Positions 23,485-34,411 of a stretch of DNA of 64,000 bases are shown here, piece by piece. Positions within the stretch are counted from its first letter, which is position 1, and every line of letters begins with the position of its first letter. The translations under genes and the position numbers were made by a program. Source of the DNA: Rebecca billardiae RCC1528 (Eukaryota > Protista > Haptophyta); assembly GCA_965240325.2 (NCBI GenBank), contig OZ251249.1, forward strand, positions 124,001 through 188,000, written 5' to 3'. Under the pieces are notes generated by a model. That model made no database searches. It was given only the letters and a program-made list of their open reading frames with translations, and was not told where the DNA came from.

Positions 23485-24492
23485 ATGCGCGCGCCGCCGC
23501 GGCGCGCGCGGCGCGCGGCGCCGCCCGCGCTGCCGCCGCTGCTGCTGCTGCTGCTCGGCGGCGCCGGCGCGCGGGCGCGCGAGGCCTTCGACACGCGCTC
23601 CGTCATGCAGACGCTCGCACCGTCCGCGCGCGGCGCCGAGCGCGACGCGGCGGCGGCGCAGCCGCTCCGCGTGATCGGCGCCGGGCTCGGCCGCACGGGC
23701 ACGTCGTCGCTGCTGCTCGCGCTGCAGCAGCTCGGGCTCAAGGCGTACCACATGAAGGAGGGCGTCGCCGCGCACGGCCACGCGCCGCACTGGGCGGAGT
23801 ACCGCGCCGCGCTGCGCAGCGGCGACGAGCCGCGGCGGCGCGCGGCGGTGACGGCGCTCGCCGACGCCATCTCACGCGCGGGCTTCAACGCGACGACGGA
23901 CTTCCCCGCGTGCCTGCTCTTCGAGGAGCTGATGGCGATGTACCCGGACGCAAAGGTCGTGCTCGGCGTGCGCTCCTCCGCCGACGCGTGGGCCGCCTCC
24001 GTCCTCGCGACCATCGGCCGGCCCGGCCCGCTGCTGCACCGCGCGCCCTTCCGTTGGCTGCCCGCCGCGCGCCTCTTCCGCGACGGCGTCAACCGGCTGG
24101 TCTGGGAGGAGATCGGCGCGCTCGACTTGGACGGCGACGCCTCCGTCCCGCTCGAGCACGCGCGCCTCGCCGCGGCGTACGAGCGCTGGCTCGCGCGCGT
24201 GCGCCGCGCGGTGCCGCCCGAGCGGCTGCTCGTGCACGCCGCGCCGGACGGCTTCGGCCCGCTCTGCGCCTTCCTCGGCGTCGAGGCGGGCGCGTGCCCG
24301 GAGGAGTACCCGCGGGCGAACGAGGGCGCCGAGCTGAAGGCGGTCTTCGACCGGCTCGACCTGTTCGCCGACTGGTGGTGGGCGCTCGCCGGCGCGCTCG
24401 CGTGCGCGGCGTACGCGGCGGCGCGCGCCGCGCGCCGCGCGTGCTGCGGCGGGCGCCGCGCCGCCGCCAAGCGCAAGGCCAAGCGCGGATGA
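23485..24492 (+). CDS. P-loop sulfotransferase-like protein with N-terminal signal-like segment and C-terminal TM
   Basis: LRVIGAGLGRTGTSSL..ALQQLG.KAYHM, DFPA, YPDAKVVL.VR..W..S, PLCAFLG..YPRAN. Intronless; divergent from the ZIP gene. Confidence 0.85.
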   Translation: MRAPPRRARRAAPPALPPLLLLLLGGAGARAREAFDTRSVMQTLAPSARGAERDAAAAQPLRVIGAGLGRTGTSSLLLALQQLGLKAYHMKEGVAAHGHAPHWAEYRAALRSGDEPRRRAAVTALADAISRAGFNATTDFPACLLFEELMAMYPDAKVVLGVRSSADAWAASVLATIGRPGPLLHRAPFRWLPAARLFRDGVNRLVWEEIGALDLDGDASVPLEHARLAAAYERWLARVRRAVPPERLLVHAAPDGFGPLCAFLGVEAGACPEEYPRANEGAELKAVFDRLDLFADWWWALAGALACAAYAAARAARRACCGGRRAAAKRKAKRG

Positions 24493-24756
24493 CGTGCTCC
24501 GGCGGGCGTGCGCCGAGCGGGGGCGTCGTGAAAGAGGCGTGGGCGGGCGCTCGCCGGGCCGCTTCGGAGTCAGAGTGGCATTTGTCGTCATCAATCAAAC
24601 GCGTCCCGGCGTCTTGAGCGAGATCTCTGAAACAAATCCGAGGCGGCGGGGTTGGTCTGAAAAAAGGTGAAAAGGGCGCGGCGCGCGCGCGCGCAACCGG
24701 AATCCTGGACCGCGCCGCGCCGCTTCGCCGCGCCAGCGCATCCGCCACTGCGATCG

Positions 24757-25227
24757 ATGGCGCCTGCGCGAGCAAAGGCCGACGCGGTGGTGGCTGCGCC
24801 GGCGGCGGCGCCGCCGCCGCCGAAGAGGGAGATCCCTAGCGCGCTCCCCAAGCTCCGCCTCGCGCTCGGCGTCGCGCTCATCATCGTCGGCATGGCGCAG
24901 GTCGTGCACGCGCCGGAGGCGTGGTACCTGGGCGGCACGCTCATGCTGCTCGGCATGAGCGAGGTGACGACGCAGGAGGTGCTGCCGCGCGCGGTGGTGA
25001 CGAGCGCGGTGCTCGTGCTCACCGGCCTGCTCGGCGCCGGCATGCTCGCGTACGGCCTCCACCTCTACTGGACCGGCGGCCCGGACGCGCGGCCGACCGC
25101 AGACCCGCTCATCATGGTGGGCTGCATGCAGCTCGTGCTGGCGTACGTCTGCTCGCGCACGCGGAACTGGGGGAAACAGGGCGGCGCGGCGCCCGCGGCG
25201 GATACGCCGCGCGCCAAGGCGGACTGA
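24757..25227 (+). CDS. Small multi-pass membrane protein of unknown function (156 aa)
   Basis: About 4 hydrophobic segments and coding-like GC3. Confidence 0.65.
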   Translation: MAPARAKADAVVAAPAAAPPPPKREIPSALPKLRLALGVALIIVGMAQVVHAPEAWYLGGTLMLLGMSEVTTQEVLPRAVVTSAVLVLTGLLGAGMLAYGLHLYWTGGPDARPTADPLIMVGCMQLVLAYVCSRTRNWGKQGGAAPAADTPRAKAD

Positions 25228-25538
25228 GCTCGCGCCCGTGGCCCTGGCGCACGCGCCACGTGAGCCGCGGCGCAGTCCGCCGTGATGCTGAGTGATCGCC
25301 GGATTGCGCGCGTTAGTAATCTTGGCATCATCGGCCGGGCCGCCGCCCCCGGGTCCAGCCCCGGCGCATGGTGATCCGTTCTCAGTCATCGGCTATATAT
25401 GCCTATACGCGTCCTGTAGTGTAGTAGTGCGCATCATATGGCGCGCGCGCGATGTAATCGGCGATGCGATGCCGCCGCCGAGGGCGAGGCTGACTCAGGC
25501 GCAATAATACACATATATATATCATATCATATATAGCG

Positions 25539-26783
25539 TTGGCGGCGGCATGGTCCTCGTCGTCTCGGCCCCCGCGCGGCTCTCGTCAGCCTCTGGCGGG
25601 GAGCCCGTGGGGGCCACGCGTCGCTGCCGCAGGCCGCTGTGATACCGACAAGGATGACGACGCGCATGCGCGCCCGCGCGGGCTCGAGTGCGCCTTCCCC
25701 TCCTGCAAGGACGGCGAGATGCTGGCACTCTCACACAAACTCTTGCTCATCTCGTCGCTCGTGCAGGCGGTGTTGGCGGATGCGGGCACGCGGCAGACGC
25801 GCGGTGCTGACGATGGCGACGATCACTACTACGACGACGACGTGCATGTGCGCCCGCGCGGGCTCGCGTGCGCCTTCCCCTCCTGCAAGGACGGCGAGAT
25901 GCTGGCACTCTCACACAAACTCTTGCTCATCTCGTCGCTCGTGCGGGCGGTGTTGGCGGATGCGGGCACGCGGCAGACGCGCGGTGCTGACGATGGCGAC
26001 GATCACTACTACGACGACGACGTGCATGCGCGCCCGCGCGGGCTCGCGTGCGCCTTCCCCTCCTGCAGGGACGGCGAGATGCTGGCACTCTCACACAAAC
26101 TCTTGCTCATCTCGTCGCTCGTGCGGGCGGTGTTGGCGGATGCGGGCACGCGGCAGACGCGCGGTGCTGACGATGGCGACGATCACTACTACGACGACGA
26201 CGTGCATGCGCGCCCGCGCGGGCTCGCGTGCGCCTTCCCCTCCTGCAGGGACGGCGAGATGCTGGCACTCTCACACAAACCCTTGCTCATCTCGTCGCTC
26301 GGGCGGGCGGTGTTGGCGGATGCGAGCGCGCCTGAGCCGGTGACACGCGTTGCTGACGACGACGCTTTCTACATTTCCCTGCAGCAGCCCGCCGGCGGGC
26401 CGGGCTGCGACGTCGACTACACCCTCATCCGCTTCATCGACCTGAGCGCGCTAGGCGGCGCGCTCACTCTCCAAGCCCCTCTTCTGCAGCTGCGCGCCGC
26501 TAGGCCGGTACGCGGCGACGTGTACTACGACCTCATCTTCATCCAGGCGCCCACGCGGGCGCCCGGGGGCGACAGCCGCGGCTGTCGCTTCCCGCAGCTG
26601 CACGCCGCTAGGTCGGCAGGCGGCGACATCGACTACGACCTCAGCCTCATCCAAGTGCTTCACCGGAAGGCGCTCGGCCGCGGCGGCATCTGCCGTCGCC
26701 GCCGCGTGCCCCAGGCCGAGGCGGTGCTCCATCCCGCCCCCGCTCCCGTAGGGGGGCAGGGCTGCGGGTGGCGCACTGCCTGA
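25539..26783 (+). CDS. Hypothetical ORF built from 60-aa tandem repeats with a BTB/POZ-like motif
   Basis: Open frame through ~3.7 x 180-bp repeats; CKDG..LSHKLLL.SS..V.AVL resembles the BTB/Skp1 N-terminus. Start codon unclear. Confidence 0.35.
   Translation: MAAAWSSSSRPPRGSRQPLAGSPWGPRVAAAGRCDTDKDDDAHARPRGLECAFPSCKDGEMLALSHKLLLISSLVQAVLADAGTRQTRGADDGDDHYYDDDVHVRPRGLACAFPSCKDGEMLALSHKLLLISSLVRAVLADAGTRQTRGADDGDDHYYDDDVHARPRGLACAFPSCRDGEMLALSHKLLLISSLVRAVLADAGTRQTRGADDGDDHYYDDDVHARPRGLACAFPSCRDGEMLALSHKPLLISSLGRAVLADASAPEPVTRVADDDAFYISLQQPAGGPGCDVDYTLIRFIDLSALGGALTLQAPLLQLRAARPVRGDVYYDLIFIQAPTRAPGGDSRGCRFPQLHAARSAGGDIDYDLSLIQVLHRKALGRGGICRRRRVPQAEAVLHPAPAPVGGQGCGWRTA
25655..26324 (+). repeat. 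~3.7 near-identical 180-bp tandem repeats
   Basis: Matching registers at 25681, 25861, 26041 and 26221. Confidence 0.97.
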
Positions 26784-26875
26784 CCTGGTCGGAAGGCGCG
26801 GACGCATTCTATATGTGTCTGCTGCACTCTGAGCCTGACGCTTGCCCGTTGCATACCACGTCGTTAAATATATAT

Positions 26876-29800
26876 CACAGCAACGACTTCTTTTTTAAAG
26901 CGGCCGTTAGCGTGTCCAGCGGCCAGACGATTAATTTTCGAAAAATTACTATGCGCTGCGCGCGCGCCCCTAGGGGGCGGCGCGCGCGCGCGGCTGGTCC
27001 CCCCTGCATGCCCGCACCGTCAGCTGCCTGATTGCCGCTACCCAGCCCCGCTACCGTCGCGCGCGACATCCGCGCCGTAAATCACCGTCACCGAGCGGTC
27101 CGGCGAGCGCGCCGCCATCAATTTGCTCCTGAGTGCCGAAAACTCCTTCTCCGGAAGCCCAGCCTCCTCGCGCAGGAGCTTGCGCGCCGTCATGCACTCC
27201 GCGATCAGGTCGATCGCGTCGGTCTCCGCCCTGCGCTGCCATTCGCGCTGCCGCTTGGCGTACTTCTTCAGCCAGAGCCGCCGCACCTTGTCGCCGAACT
27301 CCTCTGCCCACGTCGCAAGCGACACGCGGCGCACGAGCTGCGCGACCGTCGAGATGTGCGGCTCCGCCGTCGACTTCTTCCCCTCGGCGTACTCGCGGAC
27401 GAATGAGTCGAGTGACTTGCGCGCGTGCACGAGCGGCATCGCACGCTTGGTCACCTGCACGAAATGCCCCTGCACCTGCTCGTCCGCGAGCTGCACGAGG
27501 CGCCCCCGCCGCCTGAGGCGAGACGCCGTCTGCGCCCGCCTCCGTGACCGCCCAGACGTTGAAGCGGAGCGGTGGGACGTTGTGCGAGCCCTGGCCGGCG
27601 AGGCTGGCGAGGCTGACGTAAGCGCCGGTGCACGCCACGATGGCCTTCTGCTCCTCCGCGTAGTCGGCCGCCTCGGCGCCGCCGCCAAAACCGCCGCCGG
27701 CCGCGCTGCCGCCTGCCGAGGCAGTGCTGCCACCGAGGCCGCGCTGCTGCGCGCCGCCGCCGGCCGCGCCGCCGCCGGCCGCGCCGCCACCAGCCGCACC
27801 ACCACCCGCACTGTCAGCCGCGCGGCTGGCCGCGCCACATGCCGCGCCACCGGCCACGCGGACGCCAGCACCGGCTGTGCCGCTAGCCACGCCGCTGCCA
27901 CTGCCGGCCGCGCCGCCCACGCCGCCGCCCGCGCCCGCGCCCGCGCCCACGTTGCCACCCGCGCCCCCGGCCGCGCCCCCGGCCGCGCCGCCGGCCGCGC
28001 CACCGGCCGCGCGGACGCCAGCGCCAGCGGTGCCGCCAGCCACGCAGCTGCCGCTGCTGCTGCCACCAGTGCTGCTGCTGCCGCCCGCACCGGCCGCGCC
28101 GCCGCCGGCCGCGCCACCGCCGGCCGCGCCGCCGCCGGCCGCGCCGCCGCCGGCCGCGCGATCGCGAGCGCTGTCAGCCGCGCCGCTGTCCGCGCCGCCG
28201 GCCGCACCTCCGGCCGCGCCTCCAGCCGCGCGGACGCCAACGCCAGCTGTGCCGCCAGCCACGCCACTGCAGCTGCCGCCCGCGCCGCCCGCGCCGCCGC
28301 CAGCACCCGCGCCCGCGTTGCCAGCCGCGCCGCCGGCCGCGTCCGGCCGCGTCGCCGGGCGCACCGCCGCCTGGCGCGCAGTTGTCGGGCGTGCCGCCGT
28401 CGGGCGCGCCGCCACCGGGCCCGCCATCGCCCGCGCTGTCAGCCGCGCCGCCGGCCGCGCCGCCGGCCGCGCCACCGGCCGCGCGGACGCCAACGCCGGC
28501 TGTGTCGCCAGTCACGCCGCTGTCGCTGCAGCTGCCGCCGCTGCTGCCGGCCGCGCCGGCCGCGCGCGGCCGCGCCGCCGGCCGCGCCGCCGCCGGCAGT
28601 GCCGCCGCCGGCCGCGCCACCGCCCGCGCTGTCAGCCGCGCCGCTGGCCGCGCCGCCGGCCGCGCCACCGGCCGCACGGACGCCAGCGCCGACTGTGCCG
28701 CCAGCCACGCCGCTGCCGCTGCCGCTCGCGCCGGCCGCGCCGCCGCCCGTGCCCGCGGACGCGCCCGCGTTGCCAGCCGCGCCGCCCGCCGCGCCGCCGG
28801 CCGCGCCGCCGACCGCGCAACCGGCCGCGCGGACTCCAGCGCCGGCGGCACCGCCAGCTACGCCGCTACCGCTGCCGCTGCCGCCGCTGCCGCCGGCCGC
28901 GCCGCCGGCCGCGTCGCCGGCCGCGCCGCCTGCAGCGCCGCCAGCCGCGCCGCCCTGCCGCGCTGGCCACGTGCAGCGGCGGCAGCTGGCGGCGCCGGTC
29001 GCGGTGGGAGCCGGCCGCTCCGGATCACGTCATTGATCCCGTCGGCGTCCGCACTCCATAGCTCGGGCATGTCCGAGTCCGGCCGCTCCGAGATGGCGAT
29101 CGCCTCCGACGACGCGAGCGCAACACCCTCATAGTTGCGCACGATGGCGATCGTGGCCGCGCGCGAGTGCGCTGCGTTTGGCCCGTGTCCGCCGAGAGGA
29201 GGAGGACATGCGGCTGCCCGCGCGGGCGCGCGGACTTGCCGTAGTGCTCCAAGCGATCCAGCACGGCGCCCACGGCCTGCGCCCACGGCCGCGCCGCCGA
29301 CTCGCTGCCGATCATCATCACGCCCGCGCCCGCGTGCTCGCGATTGCGCAGCGCGCTCTCACGTGAGCCAGCCACCGGCGGCGGGATCGGGTGGCGCATG
29401 CCCAGGTTGAGCCACGTCGAGAACTCTCGGGCTGGCGCGAGCCCACGATGCTCAGTGTGCGGTCCTTCTCGCGCGCCTAGTGCACGACGCCCTCGTCGTC
29501 GAGCGAGGTGAAGGCATGCAAGACGAGCGCGTCTCACGAGAAGAGCCGCAGCTTGGCTACACGCAGCAGGTTGTTCTTCTTCCGCTGGGCCTTGATGGCG
29601 ACGAGGCTGTTGACGCTGCGCTTGACCTCCGCCAGGTAGTTCTCGTTCGGCATGATCGAGTGGTCCACCTCGCTCGCGGCCTCGCGCGCGCGCAGCTTGA
29701 GCATCTCGTGCGGCTGAGCGCCGCGGCCATGCGCAGCCATGCAGATGCGGCAGAGACGTGGCGCCCGATGCGTTAGGCACCTTTGCGATGCAGCTTGGGC

Positions 29801-30413
29801 TTCTTAGGCTTCGCGCAGGAACGCTTGCCCTTGCCCACGGTGAGCACAGCCGTCGCCATTGCTGCGCGCGGCGAGCGCGGTGCGGCGCGGCCGGGCCGGC
29901 CGCAGCCGCCGCAAGTTAGTCTGATGCAAATTCCCGGTCACCCATGCAAAAGTAAGCGTTCCCGCTGCGCATGTGCGTGCATCACGAGTAACCCGCCGCC
30001 TGAATAACAACTCCGCGCCCCTCCATACACTTCCTGCATCCCCGCGCGCAGCGGCGTGCGGGCGGGCGCGAATTCGCACCGTGTTACGAACAGACCTAGC
30101 AAAGTAGATCGGTGTGGCGCGTCGGGACGCGGAGCGGGTGCGGGGCAGGCGGGGGATAGGTTGGGGAACACCCGCGATTAGAGCACCGGTGGCGCAGCGG
30201 CGACGTGGACGCCGCCACACGCGCACGCACGGCGCGCGCTCGCACCGCGAGTCGAACGTCCGCTCGCCAAGCCCTGCGACGGCGTCCGTGCGACGCCGAG
30301 CGACGAACGCTCTCGGGATTTGGCCCGGACCACCAGATTCAGCCGTTAACGGCCGAAAATTCATTTGTTGGAGTTTCCTTAACGGCCGCTTTAAAAAAGA
30401 AATCGTTGCTGTG
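26876..30413. mobile_element. Non-autonomous TIR DNA transposon with CACAG termini (CMC/EnSpm-like) and probable 2-bp AT TSD
   Basis: 34-bp TIRs at 26876-26909 and 30380-30413 (CACAGCAACGAYTTCTTTTTTAAAGCGGCCGTTA, 1 mismatch), AT on both flanks, no recognisable transposase. Confidence 0.85.
27038..29790 (-). pseudogene. Fragmented coding sequence inside the TIR element, with a Gly/Ala-rich low-complexity core
   Basis: Protein-like segments in several frames (e.g. EEFGDKVRRLWLKKYAKRQREW, NENYLAEVKRSVNSL) separated by shifts; GCC/GGC-rich repeats at ~27680-28960. Confidence 0.45.
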
Positions 30414-30530
30414 ATAGATATATAGATATATATAGATACATATATAGATATATATATCATTCGATTATAATTATATATACTAATATGCATATATGCATAT
30501 ATATACATACATGTATATATATTATATATT
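30414..30530. repeat. AT-rich compound microsatellite
   Basis: Seen directly in the sequence. Confidence 0.9.
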
Positions 30531-30732
30531 TTCATCAGCGGGCCGGGCCGCGCCGAGGCCCGGCGGCGTCGTGAAGACTGAAGTTAACTGCTACGGGCGG
30601 CAGTGCAGGCCTGCAGGGCAGTGCGGCACAGTGCCCTGTGCCAGCACTCGCACGCTCGCCGCACCCGGGCATGTATGCGTGACCAGCGCAACCACCACTG
30701 GCCGCTCGCTCAGTGCAGCCCACAGCGCCGCA

Positions 30733-32145
30733 TCACCGGGGCGGCAGCTGCACCACACGCTGCGGCGTCTGTTGCACTCCGCCATCGTAGCCCACGCCCA
30801 GGCCAAGCGCGCTCGAACGTATGCCGCACGCGTGCACGCCGCCGTTGGCGGTGACGTAGAGGGCGTGCGGTGCGCCGAGTGAGCAGCCAACCACGCTCGC
30901 ATGCGCGAGGCCCGCCACCCGCCCGGGCAGCGTGCGATCCATTCGGTCCCCCAGCCCCAGCAGGCCGCTGTAGTTGTGCCCAAACGTGTGCACGCTGCCG
31001 TCCGCGCACACCACCGCGCTCGTGCACTTGCCCGCGCTGGCGCGCACGGCACGCACGCCCATCAGGGCGGCGATGCGCGTGGGCATCAGGCGACACGCCT
31101 TGTCACCGTGGCCGAGCTGGCCATACCCACCGCCTCCGAAGGAGTGCACGCCGCCCGCCGCGTCCACCACCAGGCTGTGGTCGTAGCCTGCGCTCACGCG
31201 CACGGCGCGCACGCCCACGAGCGCCTCGATGCGCCGCGGCGTGCGCTGCTGCTGCTCGTCGCCGTGGCCAAGGCAGCCGTCAGCAGCGTACCCGGACGAA
31301 TACACGGCGCCACACGCCGAGAGCAGCAGCGTGTGCCAGCGGCCCGCCGCCACGCCGCCCACGCGCACGCCGTCCAGCGCCTCGATGCGCGTCGGCTCCC
31401 ACCGCTCCTTCCTGTCGCCGTGGCCGAGCTGGCCATAGTAGTTGGAGCCCCAGCTGTACGCCGCGCCGGCAGCCGTGAGCGCGAAGCTGTGGTACAATCC
31501 GGCAGCAATGCCGACGACGAGCTCCGCGCCCAGCGCCGCCACCTGCACGAACGCCAGTCGCTCAGCCTTGTCGCCCACGCCCAGCTGGCCGTAGTCGTTG
31601 CTGCCGCATGCGTACACGGCGCCGGCGTCGCTCAGCGCGAGCAGGTGCGTGCCGCCGGCAGCCACTGATCGCACGCGCACCGCTTCCAGCGAGCCCACGC
31701 GCCTCGGCACGAGCACGCGGGACTCCCTGCTAAGCTCGGGATGGCCCAGCGGCACGCCGCACGTGTGCACGCCGCCGCCGCCGTCGACAAAGGCGGAAAA
31801 GCTCATCTGGAACGATGGGCTGGCAGCGGCAACGTGTGCGTGCGCGCGCGCAAGCTCGAGCACGCGCTCACGCCCAAGCAGCTCTTCCGCCCACGTACGC
31901 GTGCCCGCCGGCAGGGTCGGCGGCAGCGCGGCCTCGTGCCCGCGCGAGCGCGAACGCTCGCGCAGCGCGTGCTCGAGCGGCGCGCCGCGGAAGAGGCGAG
32001 CGGAGGCGTTGGCTGCGGCGAGGTCACGCGTGCCGCCGAGGTGGATGAGAATGCGCGCGACGAGCTCGGGCGGCAGGCCGGTCAGCCGCACGGCCACCGC
32101 TGCCGAGCGCGCCTCCCCACGCGCGCGCGTCGTCGGTGCCGCCAT
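30733..32145 (-). CDS. F-box-like + RCC1-repeat protein, copy 4 (C-terminal tail shortened by a 2-bp insertion)
   Basis: Same architecture; ends QLPPR* instead of QLPPLMRRCGLR*. Confidence 0.88.
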   Translation of the reverse strand: MAAPTTRARGEARSAAVAVRLTGLPPELVARILIHLGGTRDLAAANASARLFRGAPLEHALRERSRSRGHEAALPPTLPAGTRTWAEELLGRERVLELARAHAHVAAASPSFQMSFSAFVDGGGGVHTCGVPLGHPELSRESRVLVPRRVGSLEAVRVRSVAAGGTHLLALSDAGAVYACGSNDYGQLGVGDKAERLAFVQVAALGAELVVGIAAGLYHSFALTAAGAAYSWGSNYYGQLGHGDRKERWEPTRIEALDGVRVGGVAAGRWHTLLLSACGAVYSSGYAADGCLGHGDEQQQRTPRRIEALVGVRAVRVSAGYDHSLVVDAAGGVHSFGGGGYGQLGHGDKACRLMPTRIAALMGVRAVRASAGKCTSAVVCADGSVHTFGHNYSGLLGLGDRMDRTLPGRVAGLAHASVVGCSLGAPHALYVTANGGVHACGIRSSALGLGVGYDGGVQQTPQRVVQLPPR

Positions 32146-32601
32146 ATGTTCGTCGCCCGCGCCACGGTCGAGGACGACGGTTGGCCGGGGCGAAAAAGCA
32201 CATTGAATAAGCCGCGGAATGATGCTGAATTTCGTGACGCGATGAATCGATGATACGACGACACTCGTCAGCATCAGGCGCGATCTGAACCGTGCCACGA
32301 CGCCGCTGACTCGCTACCCGCCAGCCTGACGCGCGCACTGTACACAGCATGCTGCTAATCAGGCGTGGTCCGAAGATGGCGATCGCTGAAGACGCATCAT
32401 TGGGAACGGCCACGGGCCGCGCCCGCATGAGCCCGATCGAGCCCCTGCCCCAGCGGGCCGAGCTGCCCGCTTCGACGGCAGCGCGGAGAGGTCGTCGTTT
32501 TAGGCGGCAGGGCAGTGCGGCACAGTGCCATGCGCCAGCACTCACACGCACGCCGCCGGTGCATGCCCGCCCGACCAGCGCGCTCAGCACTGGCCACGCG
32601 C

Positions 32602-34035
32602 TCAGCGCAGCCCGTATCGCCGCATCAGGGGCGGCAGCTGCACCACGCGCTGCGGCGCCTGCTGCGCTCCGCCATCGTAGCCCACGCCCAGGCCAAGCGC
32701 GCCCGAATGCATGCCGCATGCGTGCACGCCGCCGTCCGCGGTGGCGTAGAGGGCGTGGCTGTCCCCGAGTGAGCAGTCGACCACGCGCGCATGCGCGAGG
32801 CCCTCCACCCGCTTGGGCAGCGTGCGATCCATTCGGCCCCCCAGCCCCAGCAGGCCGGTGCGGTTGTCCCCAAACGTGTGCACGCTGCCGTCTGCGCACA
32901 CCACCGCGCTCGTGCGATAGCCCGCGCTGGCGCGCACGGCACGCATGCCGCCCAGTGCTTGAATGCGCGTGGGCACCAAGCGACGCGTCTCGCCACCGTG
33001 GCCGAGCGCGCCGCCGATACCGCCTCCGAAGGAGTGCACGCCGCCCGCCGCGTCCACCACCAGGCTGTGGTTGAAGCCCGCGCTCACGTGCACGGCGCGC
33101 ACACCCGCGAGCGCCTCGATCCGCAGCGGAACGTGCCGCTGCTGATCGTCGCCGTGGCCAAGTTGGCCGGCAACGGCCTCCCCGCACGAATACACGGCGC
33201 CGCACGCCGAGAGCAGCAGCGTGTGCCCCCAGCCCGCCCCCGCACCGCCCACGCGCACGCCGTCCAGTGCCTCGATGCGCGTCGGCTCCAGCCGGTGCTT
33301 CGTGTCGCCGTGGCCGAGCTGGCCAGAGTAGTTGTGGCCCCAGCTGTACGCTGCGCCGGCAGCCGTGAGCGCGAGGCTGTGGTGCCAACCAGCAGCGACG
33401 CCGACGACGAGCTCCGCACCCAGCGCCACCACCTGCACGAACGCCAGTCGCGCAGCCTTGTCGCCCACGCCCAGCTGGCCGTAGTCGCTGCTGCCGCACG
33501 CGTACACGGCGCCGGCGTCGCTCAGCGCGAGCAGGTGCGTGGCCCCAGCAGCCACTGACTGCACGCGCGTCACGTGCAGTGAGCTCACGCGCGTCGGCAC
33601 GCGCACTGTCGAATCCCAGCTGAGCTCGGGATGGCCCAGCGGTGCGCCGCACGTGTGCACGCCGCCGGCGCCGTCGACAAAGGCGGAGAATCTCGTGAGG
33701 TAGGATTGATTGGCAGCGGCAGCGTGTGCGTGCGCGCGCGTAAGCTCCAACACGCGCTCACGTCCAAATAGCTCCTCCGCCCACGTACGCGTGCCCGCCG
33801 GCAGGGTCGGCGGCAGCGCGGCCTCGTGCCCGCGCGCGCGCGCGCGCTCGCGCAGCGCGTGCTCGAGCGGCGCGCCGCGGAAGAGGCGAGCGGCGGCGTT
33901 GGCGGCGGCGAGGTCGCGCGTGCCGTCGAGGTGGGTGAGAATGCGCGCGACCAGCTCGGGCGGCAGGTCGGTCAGCCTCACTGCCGCCGCTGCCGAGCGC
34001 GCCTCCCCACGCGCGCGCGTCGTCGGTGCCGCCAT
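32602..34035 (-). CDS. F-box-like + RCC1-repeat protein, copy 5
   Basis: Same architecture, 1434 bp. Confidence 0.9.
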   Translation of the reverse strand: MAAPTTRARGEARSAAAAVRLTDLPPELVARILTHLDGTRDLAAANAAARLFRGAPLEHALRERARARGHEAALPPTLPAGTRTWAEELFGRERVLELTRAHAHAAAANQSYLTRFSAFVDGAGGVHTCGAPLGHPELSWDSTVRVPTRVSSLHVTRVQSVAAGATHLLALSDAGAVYACGSSDYGQLGVGDKAARLAFVQVVALGAELVVGVAAGWHHSLALTAAGAAYSWGHNYSGQLGHGDTKHRLEPTRIEALDGVRVGGAGAGWGHTLLLSACGAVYSCGEAVAGQLGHGDDQQRHVPLRIEALAGVRAVHVSAGFNHSLVVDAAGGVHSFGGGIGGALGHGGETRRLVPTRIQALGGMRAVRASAGYRTSAVVCADGSVHTFGDNRTGLLGLGGRMDRTLPKRVEGLAHARVVDCSLGDSHALYATADGGVHACGMHSGALGLGVGYDGGAQQAPQRVVQLPPLMRRYGLR

Positions 34036-34411
34036 GCTCGTTGCCCGCGCCACGGTCGAGGACGACGGTTGGCCGGGGCGAAAAATCACATTGAAGCCGC
34101 GGAATGCTGACGATGAATTTCGTGACGCGATGAATCGATGATACGACGACACTCGTCGGCATCAGGCGCGATCTGAACCGTGCCACGATGCCGCTGACTC
34201 GCTACCCGCCAGCCTGACGCGCGCACTGTACACAGCATGCTGCTAATCAGGCGTGGTCCGAAGATGGCGATCGCTCCCGCTTCGACGGCAGCGCGGAGAG
34301 GTCGTCGTTTTAGGTGGCAGGGCAGTGCGGCACAGTGCCCTGCGCCAGCACTCGCACGCACGCCGCCGGCGCATGCCTGCCCGACCAGCGCGCTAAGCCC
34401 TGGTCGTGCGC

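Noticed and set aside
27051-29134. Long Ala/Pro/Gly/Arg-rich ORFs on both strands as real genes
   Set aside because: GC-rich low-complexity repeats lack stop codons in most frames.
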